DNA of 64,000 nt from Variovorax sp. (lineage in GTDB: Bacteria; Pseudomonadota; Gammaproteobacteria; Burkholderiales; Burkholderiaceae_C). Every line of letters starts with the position of its first letter. Position 1 is the stretch's first letter. The position numbers and the translations under genes are program-made. Of this stretch, positions 22,678-34,512 are shown in pieces. Below the pieces are notes generated by a model. It did not search any database. It was not told where the DNA came from and was given only the letters and a program-made list of their open reading frames with translations. The stretch spans positions 10,110-74,109 of the forward strand of contig JBBJMS010000001.1 of assembly GCA_037720315.1 (NCBI GenBank). Reading direction: 5' to 3'.

Positions 22678-24496
22678 AGATTCACGCGCAGACGCTTGAG
22701 CGTTTCCTGCAGCGTCTCGTTCTCGGCGTCGACGAAGGAAGCTTCCTTCCAGATCGACAGCGCGCGTTCGCGCTCACCCTTGACCCACAGCACCTCGCCC
22801 AGATGTGCGGCGATTTCGGGGTCGGGCCGACGCTTGTAAGCCGCTTCCAGGATGCGGATCGCCTCCTCTGTATTGCCAAGCCGGAACTCGACCCATCCGA
22901 GGCTGTCGGCGATGAACGGGTCTTCAGGCGCCAGCTTCACTGCCTGCTGGATCAGCGTGCGCGCTTCTTCCAGACGAACCTTGCGATCGGCGAGCGAGTA
23001 GCCAAGCGCGTTATAGGCGTTCTGGTTGTCGGGCTTTATCTCGATCAACCGGCGCAGCAGCCGCTCCATTTCGTCCAGGCGGTTCAGCTTCTCGGCCACC
23101 ATGGCCCGGTCGTAGATGAGGTCGGTGTCCTCCGGCTCGGCCGTGCTGGCCTGCACCAGCATGTCGTAGGCTGCCTGGTACTGCTTGGCATCGCGCAGCA
23201 CTTGCACTTCAGTCATGAACTTCTTTTTCTTGTCGTCGGCGGTGCGTTCGGGCAGCGACCTGATCAATTCGCGCGCCTCGGGCAGCTTGCCCTGGCGCGC
23301 GAGCAGTCCGGCCCGTCGGGTCTGCGCCGCGACCAGATCGTCGGTGTTGTCGATGCGCGCGAGCCATTGCTCGGCGCCCTTGAAGTCCTTGCGGCGCTCC
23401 GAAAGCTGCGCGAGCTGCAGGTAGGCCTGCGTCAGGCCGCGGCCGCGCGCCTCGGCATCGCGCTCGATCGCGGCGAGCCCGATGTATCGCTTGAGCGAGG
23501 TCTCGGCCGCCGCATCCTGGCGTGCCTGCGCCTGCAGGCTGCCAAGCAGCAGCCACGGATCGGCGAGTTCCGGCCGAGACGTGCTGAGGCCGGTGAGTTC
23601 GGCGGTCGCCTCTGCGTAGCGGCCTTGTTCGACCAGCACGCGCGAATAGGCGATGCGAAGTTCGGGCAGTGCTTTCGGCCCGCTCAGGTAGCGCTTGACG
23701 AGCGGCTCTGCCAGCGGCTGGCCGGGGCCCACCAACTCGAGGGCCAGCAGCGCCGGCCCGTCGCAGAAGGGTCCGTCTCCTGGCCGTTGCGGGCGGCATC
23801 GAGCGCGCCCGATGCGTCGCCGGCCGCCAGCCGCAGGCGCCCGATGGTCGTCCACGCCGGGCCACCGGTGCCGGGGCTGTTGAGTTCGGCGGCCAGCGCC
23901 TGCTCGGCAGTGGAGGCGGCCAACTTCTTGTCGGTCGCCCGGGCGTAGTTGCGCCCGATCACCGCCATCAGGAATGGCTTTTCCATCTGTGGCGTGGCAG
24001 CGAGTTCAGCCCGCAGCGGTTCGAGCGTTTCGCCGATGCGGTTGAGCGCGATCAGGATCTGCAGTTCGAAGCGCCGTGCTTCGCGCGATTCGGGCAGTGT
24101 CTCTTTCCAGGCGCGGGCTGCTGCCAGCGCCGCATCGCCGGAGCGAGCCTGGAGCGCTATTTCGACGGTGCGCTGAAACAGCGTCCCGTCGCGTGCCCTC
24201 CGAGAAGCATCGAGCATCAACGCGTAGCCGGCGCCGGGGTCGCCCGAGCGTGAGGTCAGCTCGCCCATGAGCACTTCGTAGAAGAGCTCGGCTGTCAGGG
24301 CAGAAGCGCGTCCCTTGGCGGGCTCGGTCGTCGTTGCCGCAGGCGTTGCCACGGGCGCTGCAGGTTCGATGATGGGAGCCGGGCTGGTCGGGAGAGCGGG
24401 CGCCGGCAGATCGGTCTGCGCATTCGCGGCAAGCACGGTCATGGACAAGAAGAACGCGGCCGCCGCGAGGCGGGATCGGCGGAGCGGTGGGGTCAT
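22674..24496 (-). CDS. TPR-repeat protein; apparent -1 frameshift near 23763
   Basis: N-half in ORF 23684..24514, C-half in 22674..23855 ([31 protein letters not shown]). Confidence 0.85.
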
Positions 24497-24576
24497 CGAA
24501 CCATAATAAGCCAAGGCTTTTGAACGATCGCCGCGAGGGGACTTCGATATCGCTTACTTTCCATCCGCCTTCGCCC

Positions 24577-25392
24577 ATGCCCGAACTACCCGAAGTTGAA
24601 GTGACCCGCCTGGGTTTTGCCGACCGCATCGCCGGCGCGCGCATCGATGCGGTACGCATGGGCAAGCCGCTGCGGTGGGCATTGGCGGTGGATCCGGCCG
24701 CATTGGTTGGCCGTACCGTTCGGGCCGTGCGCAGGCGCGGCAAGTATCTGTTGGTGGATTTGGATGCCGGTCTGCTGCTGATGCATCTGGGAATGTCCGG
24801 AAGCCTGCGCTTCGACGCTGGCTTGCCCCTGCCCGGTACGCACGACCACTTCGATCTTGTTACCAGCCGCGGCACGCTCCGACTCAACGATCCGCGGCGT
24901 TTCGGTGCAGTGGTCTACGTCGAGGACGAGGCCGCGCCGCTGGCAGTCAAGCTGCTTGGCCGACTGGGCGTGGAGCCATTGGGCGAGACCTTCGCCATCG
25001 ATGGCTTTCATGCGGGGCTGCGACGGCGCCGGGCACCGATCAAGCAGGTGCTGCTCGCCGGCGATCTGGTGGTGGGCGTCGGTAACATCTATGCCTCCGA
25101 AGCGCTTTTTCTTGCCGGTATCCGGCCGACGTTGTCGGCTTCGCGCATCAGCCGCCCGCGCGCGGTGCTGCTGCATGCAGCGGTGCGCGAGGTGCTGGCG
25201 CGAGCGGTGGAGCGCGGAGGAAGCACCCTGCGCGACTTCTCCAATGTCGACGGGCAGAGCGGCTATTTCCAGCTGGAGGCCACGGTCTACGGACGGGCCG
25301 GCGAGCCCTGCAGGGTGTGCGCCAACCCTGTTCGCTCTATTCGGCAAGGGCAGCGCGCCACGTATTTCTGCCCAAAATGTCAAAAGTATTGA
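24577..25392 (+). CDS. mutM: Formamidopyrimidine-DNA glycosylase
   Basis: [30 protein letters not shown]-terminal Zn finger. Confidence 0.98.
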   Translation: MPELPEVEVTRLGFADRIAGARIDAVRMGKPLRWALAVDPAALVGRTVRAVRRRGKYLLVDLDAGLLLMHLGMSGSLRFDAGLPLPGTHDHFDLVTSRGTLRLNDPRRFGAVVYVEDEAAPLAVKLLGRLGVEPLGETFAIDGFHAGLRRRRAPIKQVLLAGDLVVGVGNIYASEALFLAGIRPTLSASRISRPRAVLLHAAVREVLARAVERGGSTLRDFSNVDGQSGYFQLEATVYGRAGEPCRVCANPVRSIRQGQRATYFCPKCQKY

Positions 25393-25464
25393 AGGCTTGA
25401 ATACGGATGGCTTAACCATCCGCTGGACGGGGTGCTATATTTTGTAAGCAACTCCATACATCCC

Positions 25465-27425
25465 TTGACTCGCTCTTTCAATCAGCAATTCGACCAGCAT
25501 GGCGCTTGGCGGCGCAACTTTGCGCACCGCCTGAAGTGGCTTTCGCGCTGGCTTCATGAAAACGACCTGCTGAACCAGAGCGTCGCGGAGCGGCTGCGGG
25601 AGCTGGAATCGCAGATGCGTTCCAGTAAGGTCATGGTCGCTTTCGTCGCCGAGTTCTCGCGCGGCAAATCCGAGCTGATCAACGCGATCTTCTTTGCCGG
25701 CTACGGTCGCCGCATCATGCCGGCGAGCGCCGGACGCACGACGATGTGTCCGACCGAGCTTGGCTACGACGCAGCGCATCCGCCCAGCCTGCGGCTGCTG
25801 CCGATCGAGACACGCCTCAAACCCCATTCGCTCGCCCACTGGCGCGACGAGCGGGATCATTGGACCGAGCTTTCGATCGATGTCGACGACGCCGAGCAGC
25901 TGTCGCAGGTGATGAACAAGGTGGCCGAGGTCCGGTGGGTGCCGCTGGCCGAGGCGCGTGCGCTGGGCTTCTGGAGCGACGATGCGCCGGACGACAACCC
26001 GGTGCCGGACACGGAGGGGCGGGTCGAGATCCCCCGCTGGCGGCATGCGGTGCTGAACATGCCGCATCCGCTGCTCGAGCAAGGCTTGGTGATTCTCGAC
26101 ACGCCCGGCCTGAACGCGATCGGCGCCGAACCAGAGCTGACGGTGAGCTTGATACCGCAGGCGCATGCGGTGGTGTTCATCCTCGGCGCAGACACCGGCG
26201 TCACCCGGTCCGATCTTTCCATCTGGCGCGAGCACCTGATCACCGAGAGCGACGCCGGCGACACCCGCATCGTGGTGCTCAACAAGATCGACACCATGTG
26301 GGACACGCTCAGCACGCCCGCACAGATCGACGCCCAGATCCAGCGCCAGCGCAAGGGCGCGGCCGAACTGCTCGGCGTGCCGCTGCCGCAGGTGCTTCCG
26401 GTGTCGGCGCAAAAGGCTTGCAGGCGAAGATCCGCCGCGACGTTCCACTGCTGCAGGCAAGCCGGCTGCCGGCCCTCGAAGCCGTGCTGGGCGAAGGCCT
26501 GCTCGGCAAGCGCGAGAAGATGCTGCGACTTGCCGTCGACGCGGGCATTGCGGCGTTGCAGGCTGAAGCGGAGCGCATCCTCAAGGTACGCCAGCGCGAT
26601 CTTTCCGAGCAGGCGCTCGAATTGCAGGGGCTGCGTGGCAAGAATTCGTCGGTCATTCGCCACATGCGCGCGCGCATCGAGCAGGAGCAGGCCGAGTTCG
26701 AGGGTAGCAACGCGCGCATCCTGGCGCTGCGCTCGGTGCAGGGCAAGCTGTTGCGCGAGGTTTACGCCGTGCTGGGCAGCACGGCGCTCAAGGCGGACAT
26801 GGGCAAGCTGGGGTCGGCGCTCAAGCGTCCGGGCATCAAGTTCAATGTGCGGAAGGTCTACGCCGAAACCTTCGATTCGTTGCGCAACAACCTGCGCGAG
26901 GTGCAGGCGACCACGGCCGAGATCCAGTCGATGCTGCATGCGACTTTCCGCCAGCTCAATGCCGAGCATGGTTTCGCACTGCAGGCGCCGGCCGAGCCGG
27001 ACCTGCTCGGCTTCGAGCAGCAACTGGGCCAGATCGAGCGCAGCCATGTGCACTACCTCGGCATCGGCAATGTGCTCAAGCTGGCGCAGCCGGATTTTTG
27101 CGACAAGCTGGTACGCGCGCTGGCAAGCAGGCTGCGCGTGGTCAACGAAGCCGCCATGACCGAGGTGGAGCGTTGGAGCAAAGGCGCCGGTGCCCAGCTC
27201 GATGCGCAGTTGAAGGAGCGCCGCCGTACCTTTGCCAAGCGCATCGAGGCGGTGGAGCGCATCCAGGGCGCGGCAGGCAGTCTCGACGAGCGGCTGGCCG
27301 AACTCGCGGCGCAGGAGGGCGGCCTCACCGAACTGCATGGCCGGCTGGGCGAATTCACCGCGCTGCTCATGAGCAATGCGGCGCCCACTGCGTCTACCGC
27401 GCACGACGAACTCAGTGCCGCCTGA
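25465..27425 (+). CDS. Dynamin-like GTPase; apparent -1 frameshift in an A run near 26411-26414
   Basis: AEFSRGKS (G1), DTPG (G3), NKID (G4), VSA; helical C-terminus continues in the 25746..27425 frame. Confidence 0.85.
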
Positions 27426-28488
27426 GAACCGGTGCCCGGCGCCGCCGGAACTGGCATCGACTTTTTCTGCGCGCATCGTCGGCTGGCAAAGCAACCATGG
27501 CCGCAGCGAACTGCCTTGGCAGAACACGCAGGACCCCTACCGGGTTTGGATTTCCGAAGTCATGCTGCAGCAGACCCAGGTTTCAATAGTGCTGGGCTAC
27601 TTCGCGCGCTTTCTCGATCGATTTCCGTCGGTGCAGGCGCTTGCCGCCGGCACCGAGGACGAGGTGTTCGGCCTTTGGAGCGGCCTGGGCTATTACAGCC
27701 GGGCGCGGAACATGCATCGCTGCGCCCAGGAAGTGGTGCTGCGCTTCGGCGGCACCTTCCCGGAGACCGCATCCGAACTTCAAACCCTGCCGGGCATCGG
27801 CCGCTCGACTGCCGCGGCCATTGCTGCCTTCTGCTTCGGCGAAAGGGTTGCGATCCTCGATGGCAATGTCAAGCGGGTGCTCGCGCGTGTGCTCGGCTTC
27901 GAGGGCGACCTGTCATCCGCCACCCAGGAGCGTGTGCTGTGGACGACGGCCAACGAGCTGTTGCCGCCTGCGACTCAGCCGCGCGCAATCTCCGGCTACA
28001 CGCAGGGATTGATGGACCTGGGCGCGACCGTCTGCCTGCCGCGCAAGCCGGCTTGCATGCTGTGCCCGGTCAACGATGTCTGCGAAGCGCGGCGACAGGG
28101 CGCACCTGAAAAATTCCCGGTGAAGACCCGCAAGCTCATGCGCAGCGCGGAGTCTCTATGGATGCTGCGGGCGCGCGATGCGCAAGGCCGTGTGTGGCTG
28201 CAGAAGCGGCCTGCGCGCGGCATCTGGGCCGGGCTTTACTGCCTGCCGGTGTACGAGAGCATGGTCGCGCTGCTGAACGAACTGCCGCCCGGCGACAGAG
28301 GCGGCGTGCGCGAGGATGCCGCGTTCGTGCATGTGCTCACGCACAAGGACCTGCACCTGCATCCGGTGTCGATCGAATGCGCTTCCGAGCGGCAGCTCAC
28401 CGATGCCGGGGGGTGGTTCGAAAACGGCGAGTGGGTCGGGCTCGGCTTGCCGGCTCCGGTGCGCAAGCTGCTGCTGGCCGCAGGTTAG
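27376..28488 (+). CDS. mutY: A/G-specific adenine glycosylase (start may be GTG 27415)
   Basis: [31 protein letters not shown], Fe-S cysteines. Confidence 0.97.
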   Translation: MRRPLRLPRTTNSVPPENRCPAPPELASTFSARIVGWQSNHGRSELPWQNTQDPYRVWISEVMLQQTQVSIVLGYFARFLDRFPSVQALAAGTEDEVFGLWSGLGYYSRARNMHRCAQEVVLRFGGTFPETASELQTLPGIGRSTAAAIAAFCFGERVAILDGNVKRVLARVLGFEGDLSSATQERVLWTTANELLPPATQPRAISGYTQGLMDLGATVCLPRKPACMLCPVNDVCEARRQGAPEKFPVKTRKLMRSAESLWMLRARDAQGRVWLQKRPARGIWAGLYCLPVYESMVALLNELPPGDRGGVREDAAFVHVLTHKDLHLHPVSIECASERQLTDAGGWFENGEWVGLGLPAPVRKLLLAAG

Positions 28489-29363
28489 ATACCATCCAAT
28501 TCGCGATGACGCTTGAGGGCGGCCCAGCGCGTGCCGAAACCGCGCGCGAGCTGCTCGACTAGGAAAACGGAGCGATGCTGGCCGCCGGTGCAGCCGATGG
28601 CCACGGTCACGTAGCTGCGGTGATCGCGTGCCAGCGCGTCGAGCCAGCGCTCGAGGAAGTGCTCGATATCGCCGTACATGCGGGCGACATCGTCATGCTC
28701 GCGCAGCCAGTCGATCACCGCCGCATCGCGGCCGGTCAGAGGCCTTAGCGTGGGCACGTAGTGCGGGTTCGGAAGCATGCGGACGTCGAAGACGTAGTCG
28801 GCATCGAGCGGCACGCCGCGCTTGAATGCAAACGATTCGAAGACCAGCGTGAGCGCGCTCTCAGGCGCCGATATCAGCGCCTTCACATAGCCCTGCAGCT
28901 GGGCCGGTCGAATGATGCTCGTGTCAATCACGTCGGCACCGTCGCGCAGGTCGGCCAACAGCTCGCGTTCGAGTTCGATCGCCTGCATCAGGACGCGCTG
29001 CTGTTCGGGCGCATCCGTGCGGCACTCTTGCCGCGACAGGGGGTGGCGGCGCCGGGTTTCGGAATAGCGGCGCACCAGCGCGTCGGTGGTCGCATCCAAA
29101 AACAATGAGCGCAGGTGCACGCCATCGTTGCGCAATCCGTCGAGTTGCTGCGGCACCAGCGGCAGCGAGACAGCGCTGCGCACGTCCATGGCGATCGCAA
29201 CCCGCGATGCCTGGAGCCGCCGCTGCAAGTCGATGAACGGCACGAGCAGTTCGGGCGGCAGGTTGTCGACGCAGTAGTAGCCTGCATCTTCGAGCGCGTG
29301 CAGTGCGACTGACTTGCCAGACCCGGACATGCCGGTAATCAGCACCAGCTCGAGGCTGCTCAC
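28485..29363 (-). CDS. rapZ: RNase adapter RapZ
   Basis: [34 protein letters not shown]. Confidence 0.95.
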   Translation of the reverse strand: MSSLELVLITGMSGSGKSVALHALEDAGYYCVDNLPPELLVPFIDLQRRLQASRVAIAMDVRSAVSLPLVPQQLDGLRNDGVHLRSLFLDATTDALVRRYSETRRRHPLSRQECRTDAPEQQRVLMQAIELERELLADLRDGADVIDTSIIRPAQLQGYVKALISAPESALTLVFESFAFKRGVPLDADYVFDVRMLPNPHYVPTLRPLTGRDAAVIDWLREHDDVARMYGDIEHFLERWLDALARDHRSYVTVAIGCTGGQHRSVFLVEQLARGFGTRWAALKRHRELDGI

Positions 29364-31045
29364 GACGAAGTCTCCGGCGCCTCTTTGCCGAGCATTTCAC
29401 GCGCATGCGCCAACGTGGTTTGCGAGATCCGTTCGCCGCCCAGCATGCGGGCGATCTCACGCGCACGCGTGTCGTCGTCGAGCACCGAAACGCCGCTCTC
29501 GGTGCGAACGCCATCACGCGTCTCGGCGGTCGTCTGGCGCTTGGCAACCAGCAAGTGATGGTCGGCGCAGGCGGCCACCTGCGGCAGATGGGTGACGGCC
29601 AACACTTGCCGGTCGCGGCCGAGCTGCTTCATCAAGCGTCCGACCGTCTCGGCCACAGCACCGCCGACGCCGGCATCGACCTCGTCGAATATCAGCGTTT
29701 GAGCCGTGCCGAGTTCGCTCGTCGTCACCGCGATGGCAAGGGCAATTCGCGACAGCTCGCCGCCCGATGCGACCTTGCCGATGGGGCGTGGCGTGCTGCC
29801 GGCATGGCCGCTGACGAGAAAGCCGATGTCTTCCAGGCCCGCCCGGCCGGGTTCGGACAGCGGCTCCAACGCGACTTCGAACCGTCCGCCCTGCATGCCG
29901 AGCCCTTGCATCGCCTGGCTGACAGCCTGCGCCAGCCGCGGCGCCGCCTGCTTGCGCGTCTTGCTCAATGCTTTGGCTTCCTTCATGTAGGCCTGCTGCG
30001 CCGCCTGCTCGGCGCGTTCGAGTCCTTCGAGGTCGCCATGCGCGTCCAATGCCTGCAGCTCGGCCTGCCAGCCCGCAAGCAGCGAAGGCAGTTCGGCGGG
30101 CACTCGCTTGTAGCGGCGGGCCAGCGACATCCATAGGCCCATGCGTTGGTCGAGTTCTGCGAGCCGCTCGGGATCGGCGTCGGCTTGGCGAAGATAGATG
30201 TGCAGCGAATGCGCGGCATCGGAAGCCTGCGCCAAGCTCGACGCGAGAACCTCGCCCAAGGCGCGGAATTCCGGTTCGATGTGCTCGCAGTTCTGCAACT
30301 GCGAAGCGGCACGGTTGAGCGCAGCGAGCGCTCCTGCGTCGTCGTCCTCCAGCGCGGCGCATGCGCCTTCGGCAGCATCGATGAGCGCCTGCGCGTTCGA
30401 GATGCGGGTGTGGCTGGTGGAGAGTTCTTCCCACTCGTCCGGCGCCGGTGCCAGCTTCATGGCCTCGGCCACCTGCCACTGCAAGCGCTCGCGCTCGCGC
30501 TGCAACGAATCCTGCGCCGAGCGTGACTTGTCCAATGCCAGCAGGGTCTGCCGCCAAGTTTGCCAGGCACCGTCCAACGCTGCCGGGCTGCATCCGGCGT
30601 ATGCGTCCAGCAACCCTCGAACGGCATCGGGACGAGTAAGACTTTGCCAGGCGTGCTGACCATGGATGTCGAGCAGCCGGTCACCGATCTCGCGCAGCTG
30701 GGTCGCGGTGGCGGGGCTGCCGTTGATCCATCCCCGGCTGCGGCCCTGAATGTCGACGGTGCGGCGCAGCAGCAATGCGTCGCCGGCTTCGAAGCCGCCT
30801 TTGTCGAGCCAGGACACGAGTTCCGGATCGGCGACATCGAACTCGGCGCTCACGTCCAGCCGCTGCGCGCCTTCACGAACCGCACCCGCATCGGCGCGGC
30901 TGCCGAGCGCCAGCTGCAGTGCGTCGATCAATATCGATTTGCCTGCGCCGGTTTCCCCGGTCAGAACCGTAAAGCCGGTTGAAAAATCGAGTTCGAGCGC
31001 GCGCACGATGACGAAGTCGCGCAGCGCGATGTGTCGCAAGGCCAT
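29360..31045 (-). CDS. recN: DNA repair protein RecN
   Basis: [34 protein letters not shown]. Confidence 0.97.
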   Translation of the reverse strand: MALRHIALRDFVIVRALELDFSTGFTVLTGETGAGKSILIDALQLALGSRADAGAVREGAQRLDVSAEFDVADPELVSWLDKGGFEAGDALLLRRTVDIQGRSRGWINGSPATATQLREIGDRLLDIHGQHAWQSLTRPDAVRGLLDAYAGCSPAALDGAWQTWRQTLLALDKSRSAQDSLQRERERLQWQVAEAMKLAPAPDEWEELSTSHTRISNAQALIDAAEGACAALEDDDAGALAALNRAASQLQNCEHIEPEFRALGEVLASSLAQASDAAHSLHIYLRQADADPERLAELDQRMGLWMSLARRYKRVPAELPSLLAGWQAELQALDAHGDLEGLERAEQAAQQAYMKEAKALSKTRKQAAPRLAQAVSQAMQGLGMQGGRFEVALEPLSEPGRAGLEDIGFLVSGHAGSTPRPIGKVASGGELSRIALAIAVTTSELGTAQTLIFDEVDAGVGGAVAETVGRLMKQLGRDRQVLAVTHLPQVAACADHHLLVAKRQTTAETRDGVRTESGVSVLDDDTRAREIARMLGGERISQTTLAHAREMLGKEAPETSS

Positions 31046-31046
31046 G

Positions 31047-31943
31047 TCAGGAGCCTCCCTCGTTCCAGTGCAGTTTCTTGCGCAAGGTGTCGAAGTAGCT
31101 CCAGCCCCGGGGATGCAGAAAGCGCACGCGATAGTCGGAGCGGCGCACCACCACCCGGTCGCCGATTGCCAGCGACGCCAGCGATTGCATGTCGAAATTG
31201 GCGCTTGCGTCGCGGCCACCCACCAACTCGATCGAGACTTCGTCCGCATCGGGCAACAGGATCGGCCGGTTCGAAAGGGTGTGCGGAGCGATCGGCACCA
31301 GCACCCATCCCGGAATTGCCGGATGCAGCAGCGGGCCGCCCGCCGACAAGGCATAGGCCGTCGACCCGGTGGGCGAGGCGATGATCAGCCCGTCCGCGCG
31401 CTGGTTGGCCACGAAGTGGCGTCCGACCGAGACGCGCAGTTCCACCATGCCCGATGTGGCGCCGCGGTTGACGACCACGTCGTTCATCGCGAGCGCATCG
31501 AACACCGATGCACCGTCGCGCATCACCTGGCCGTGCATCACGCTGCGGTGGTCTTCTTCGTATTCGCCGTCCAACATCGGGATCAGCGTTGCCTGGTAGT
31601 TGTCCAGAGAAATGTCGGTGATGAAACCGAGGCGGCCGCGGTTGATGCCGATCAGCGGAACGCCGTAGGGCGCCAGCTGGCGTCCGATGCCGAGCATGGT
31701 GCCGTCGCCACCAACAACCAAGCCCAGGTCGCAGCGCTGGCCGATTTCTTCGACCGTCAGTGCTTCATAGCGGCTTTGCTCGACGTCGCCAGAATGCGAC
31801 TGCTCGACGAACACCTCGCAGCCCTGACTTTCGAGAAAGGCGCCAATGCCTTCCATCACGCCGTCCAGCGCGCCGGCTTGCGCCCGCGCGCCCGAAGCCT
31901 GGTATTTACCTATCAGGGCGACGTGCCGAAAGCTGGAGGTCAT
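31047..31943 (-). CDS. nadK: NAD kinase
   Basis: [25 protein letters not shown]-like [15 protein letters not shown]. Confidence 0.97.
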   Translation of the reverse strand: MTSSFRHVALIGKYQASGARAQAGALDGVMEGIGAFLESQGCEVFVEQSHSGDVEQSRYEALTVEEIGQRCDLGLVVGGDGTMLGIGRQLAPYGVPLIGINRGRLGFITDISLDNYQATLIPMLDGEYEEDHRSVMHGQVMRDGASVFDALAMNDVVVNRGATSGMVELRVSVGRHFVANQRADGLIIASPTGSTAYALSAGGPLLHPAIPGWVLVPIAPHTLSNRPILLPDADEVSIELVGGRDASANFDMQSLASLAIGDRVVVRRSDYRVRFLHPRGWSYFDTLRKKLHWNEGGS

Positions 31944-31950
31944 CTACAAA

Positions 31951-32214
31951 TTACAACATAGCGCCGCGTTTGAGACGCTTAAGAAGCTTCTCCTTCGCAG
32001 GGCTTGGCTTCTCGCCTTCGAGCACGGCGAGGGTTATCCATTTCGCAGGGTCTTCGTTCAACTCAAGCGCCAGATTTCCTGCCAAAACCGGTGTCAGGTG
32101 ACCACGCTCCCTGGCATTGCGCAGCGCGTTGCGGTGCACGCTCAGACGCTCGGCCCACTCGGGCATTGGTGCTACTGAAAGCGCTTGCTCTAGCAGATTC
32201 ATAGTCGTTTGCAT
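31951..32214 (-). CDS. Putative phage repressor (small HTH-type protein), 87 aa in the prophage form
   Basis: SD AAAGGAG; divergent from the phage operon; WAERLSVHRNALRNARERGHLTP HTH-like segment; TAA formed at the attL junction. Confidence 0.7.
   Translation of the reverse strand: MQTTMNLLEQALSVAPMPEWAERLSVHRNALRNARERGHLTPVLAGNLALELNEDPAKWITLAVLEGEKPSPAKEKLLKRLKRGAML
31952..31959. repeat. attL core TACAACAT
   Basis: Identical to 38840-38847; lies 8 bp from the nadK start codon. Confidence 0.8.
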
Positions 32215-32239
32215 ATCGGCTAACTCCTTTGTTGTTTCT

Positions 32240-32314
32240 GCACACAAAATGGGTGCAAGTGTTGCACTCGTTACGTGTTCATTCTATTGTTCGCTCCGCA
32301 CCCACGGTGGGTGC
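32240..32314. promoter_or_regulatory. Phage control region: promoter TTGCAC-N17-TATTGT (32262-32290) flanked by 17-bp operator-like palindromes
   Basis: GCACCCAC-G-GTGGGTGC (32298-32314, perfect) and GCACACAA-A-ATGGGTGC (32240-32256); weaker copy at 32264-32280. Confidence 0.7.
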
Positions 32315-32331
32315 ATCAACTGGAGCCACCA

Positions 32332-32637
32332 ATGATCAAGATCGAAATCCATTCTGCTGCCTTCCGTGTCAACGAAGGGGTGTCCATGAAGTCGGGCAAG
32401 CCGAAGCCCTACAAGAGGGCGTCTCAGGTCATCTATGCGTTCACGATGGACCGCGACGGCAAGCCGAATCCGTACCCTGAAAAGGGCGAGATCACTTTGC
32501 CGATGGATCGCAATACCAACGAGCCCATCCCGTACCAACCGGGTACGTACACCCTGCACCCTTCGAGCTTCTTCATCGGCGACTTTGGGGCGATCTCGGT
32601 GGCTCCGAAGCTCCAGCCGGTCGCCGCTAAAGCTTGA
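32332..32637 (+). CDS. Filamentous phage ssDNA-binding protein (pV-like)
   Basis: 101 aa; GxSxKSGKPY-like segment, PYQPGTYTLHPSSFFIGDFG; SD GGAG. Confidence 0.85.
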   Translation: MIKIEIHSAAFRVNEGVSMKSGKPKPYKRASQVIYAFTMDRDGKPNPYPEKGEITLPMDRNTNEPIPYQPGTYTLHPSSFFIGDFGAISVAPKLQPVAAKA

Positions 32638-32647
32638 GGGGTGCACC

Positions 32648-32842
32648 ATGCACCAATCTCCCGAAGTAATGCAAGCCTCTCGGCTCGGCTTGCTCGAAGC
32701 AGCCCTGCTCGCCCTCATGCGCGACGGGCAGGAGTCCGGCTTCGATGGGCTCAGCGTCGAGTGTTCGGTGGACGCCGGCATCACGGTCATCGACCTCACG
32801 TACACCCAAGCCGGTGCGCCGATATCGGGGCATTCACTGTGA
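32648..32842 (+). CDS. Phage hypothetical protein
   Basis: GAGG SD; its stop overlaps the next GTG start. Confidence 0.6.
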   Translation: MHQSPEVMQASRLGLLEAALLALMRDGQESGFDGLSVECSVDAGITVIDLTYTQAGAPISGHSL

Positions 32843-32988
32843 ATGCTTACCGCGTCGAATGGACAGAGCGCGGCATCAAGTGCACCGAGGTCGTGTCAAC
32901 CCGCATTGGCGCCGAGCGCTTCGCGCGCTTCCAACTCCATCGCGGCTTCTTCGCGCAGATCGTCGTCGCTGGTGGGGCGCTGCTGTGA
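32839..32988 (+). CDS. Phage hypothetical small protein
   Basis: GTGA overlaps at both ends. Confidence 0.5.
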   Translation: MNAYRVEWTERGIKCTEVVSTRIGAERFARFQLHRGFFAQIVVAGGALL

Positions 32989-33083
32989 GGCGCTTCGTCG
33001 CCATCATCGTCCGCGGCTACGGCTGGAAGCTCGGCGCTCTTGCGGCCGTGGCGACCGTGGCGGCGCTGGGGAAGCTGCTGTGA
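32985..33083 (+). CDS. Phage small hydrophobic protein (32 aa)
   Basis: GTGA overlaps at both ends; one TM-like segment. Confidence 0.45.
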   Translation: MRRFVAIIVRGYGWKLGALAAVATVAALGKLL

Positions 33084-34042
33084 ACCCGCAGTACGTCGCG
33101 GCCATGGCCGTCGCGCGCGCGTCGTTCGCGGGCCTGTCGGACGCCGGGGAGTGTTTTTCGGCTCGCGCGTTGGCGAAGTCCGTTGACGTGGTGACGGCGC
33201 GCGCAGCGCGCGGGCTTGTCTCAGTATCAACAAGTGGTTTGGATGCTCTTCCAACCGCTCTGCGTTGGACAGAGCAATGTATTTCCATCGACCGAGCACA
33301 AGCGCGCGTGACGCGGCTCCGTAAGGCCGTGGGAGTCGGAGCCAAGTGCTTGCTCAACGCACGCGGCGACCTTGCGCAAAACAACGTGATGGTCACGTTG
33401 ACCTACGACACAAAGCTCACCGGCGCTGTCGGGCACCACTACTGGAAGCCGCGCCACGTGTCTGACTACGTTCGAGCTGTGCGGGCATGGTTCGCAAAGC
33501 GCTGTCCTGGCGATCGGCTGCGCTACGTATGGGTCGCAGAGCTTCAGCAACGGGGCGTGCTGCACTACCACGCGGTCTTTTTCCTTCCGGCAGGGGTCAG
33601 CATGCCCCGAGCCGATAAACGCGGCTGGTGGCCTCACGGCATGACCAACACGCTCAAGTCAACTGCACCGGTCGCGTACCTCATGAAGTACGCCAGCAAG
33701 CCGGACAGCAAAACCATAGGAGGGTTCCCCCGTGGCGCTCGAATTTCAGGTGTTGGAGGCCTCGATGCTGGTGGTTCTGCTTTTAAGCGTTGGTGCCTTT
33801 GGCCTGGGTATGTGCAGGGAAATGCTTCTGTTGCCGACCGCTTCCGACCTGCGCCGGGAGGCGGCTACATCAATGCTGACACCGGAGAGTCTCTCAAAGC
33901 TGAGTTTGCCCCAACGGGCGGCGGTTTTTCGAGCTTTATCCGTATCGGGAGAACGCAGCGCGCGGTCGATGGCCTTGGTCGCCCGCTCGATCCTGCCGGC
34001 CCCTTCTCATGGATACCAGATGCTCCGCAAACCCTTCATTGA
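33080..34042 (+). CDS. Rolling-circle replication initiator (HUH endonuclease)
   Basis: Motif I MVTLTY, motif II ELQQRGVLHYH, motif III YLMKYASK. Confidence 0.88.
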   Translation: MNPQYVAAMAVARASFAGLSDAGECFSARALAKSVDVVTARAARGLVSVSTSGLDALPTALRWTEQCISIDRAQARVTRLRKAVGVGAKCLLNARGDLAQNNVMVTLTYDTKLTGAVGHHYWKPRHVSDYVRAVRAWFAKRCPGDRLRYVWVAELQQRGVLHYHAVFFLPAGVSMPRADKRGWWPHGMTNTLKSTAPVAYLMKYASKPDSKTIGGFPRGARISGVGGLDAGGSAFKRWCLWPGYVQGNASVADRFRPAPGGGYINADTGESLKAEFAPTGGGFSSFIRIGRTQRAVDGLGRPLDPAGPFSWIPDAPQTLH

Positions 34043-34053
34043 AAGGAGTAGTC

Positions 34054-34215
34054 ATGTCTGACCCTGTCGGTTACATCTGCGAATCGTGCAACTTCCCTGG
34101 GCCGCGTGAGGAGTTCGAGGCCAACGACGAATTGGCACCCGATCTCGTAGACGCGGGCCAGTGCCCAGAGTGCGGTGAGATGGTCGAAGACCTCGACGAT
34201 TGGGCGTTTGACTGA
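34054..34215 (+). CDS. Small acidic zinc-ribbon protein (53 aa)
   Basis: Strong SD AAAGGAG; CESC...CPEC. Confidence 0.65.
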   Translation: MSDPVGYICESCNFPGPREEFEANDELAPDLVDAGQCPECGEMVEDLDDWAFD

Positions 34216-34427
34216 TGCAGTTCCTCACCTGCTCATCGGATGCAGTGCCATGCCCGGTGGAGCTGCAACAGTGGCGCACGGTCGCGGAGGTCATCGATCC
34301 TGCCGCGCTCGGAATAACACCCGAGCTAATGGTCAAGGTGTATGGCTTCGGATTCGGGGCAACTTTCATGATGTTCGTTATCGGGTTCGTGGTCGCTGTG
34401 GCAGTTGGGCTCGTGCGCAAGGTCTGA
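34215..34427 (+). CDS. Minor virion protein (pVII/pIX-like)
   Basis: 70 aa, C-terminal TM helix with basic tail, upstream of the major coat gene. Confidence 0.65.
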   Translation: MQFLTCSSDAVPCPVELQQWRTVAEVIDPAALGITPELMVKVYGFGFGATFMMFVIGFVVAVAVGLVRKV

Positions 34428-34512
34428 GTTTTCAGCCGATTGGGCCTCATCGCAGTGATGCGCCGGGCTTCTTCGGGTGGCAATTTCGCTACCGTCAACT
34501 TTGGAGTTTTTC

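Noticed and set aside
26405-26420. Programmed frameshift in the dynamin gene
   Set aside because: No canonical slippery heptamer; same pattern as the other likely indel errors.
31944-31975. dif/XerCD integration site
   Set aside because: Only a weak resemblance to a XerD arm (AACATA), no XerC arm, and the phage encodes its own recombinase.
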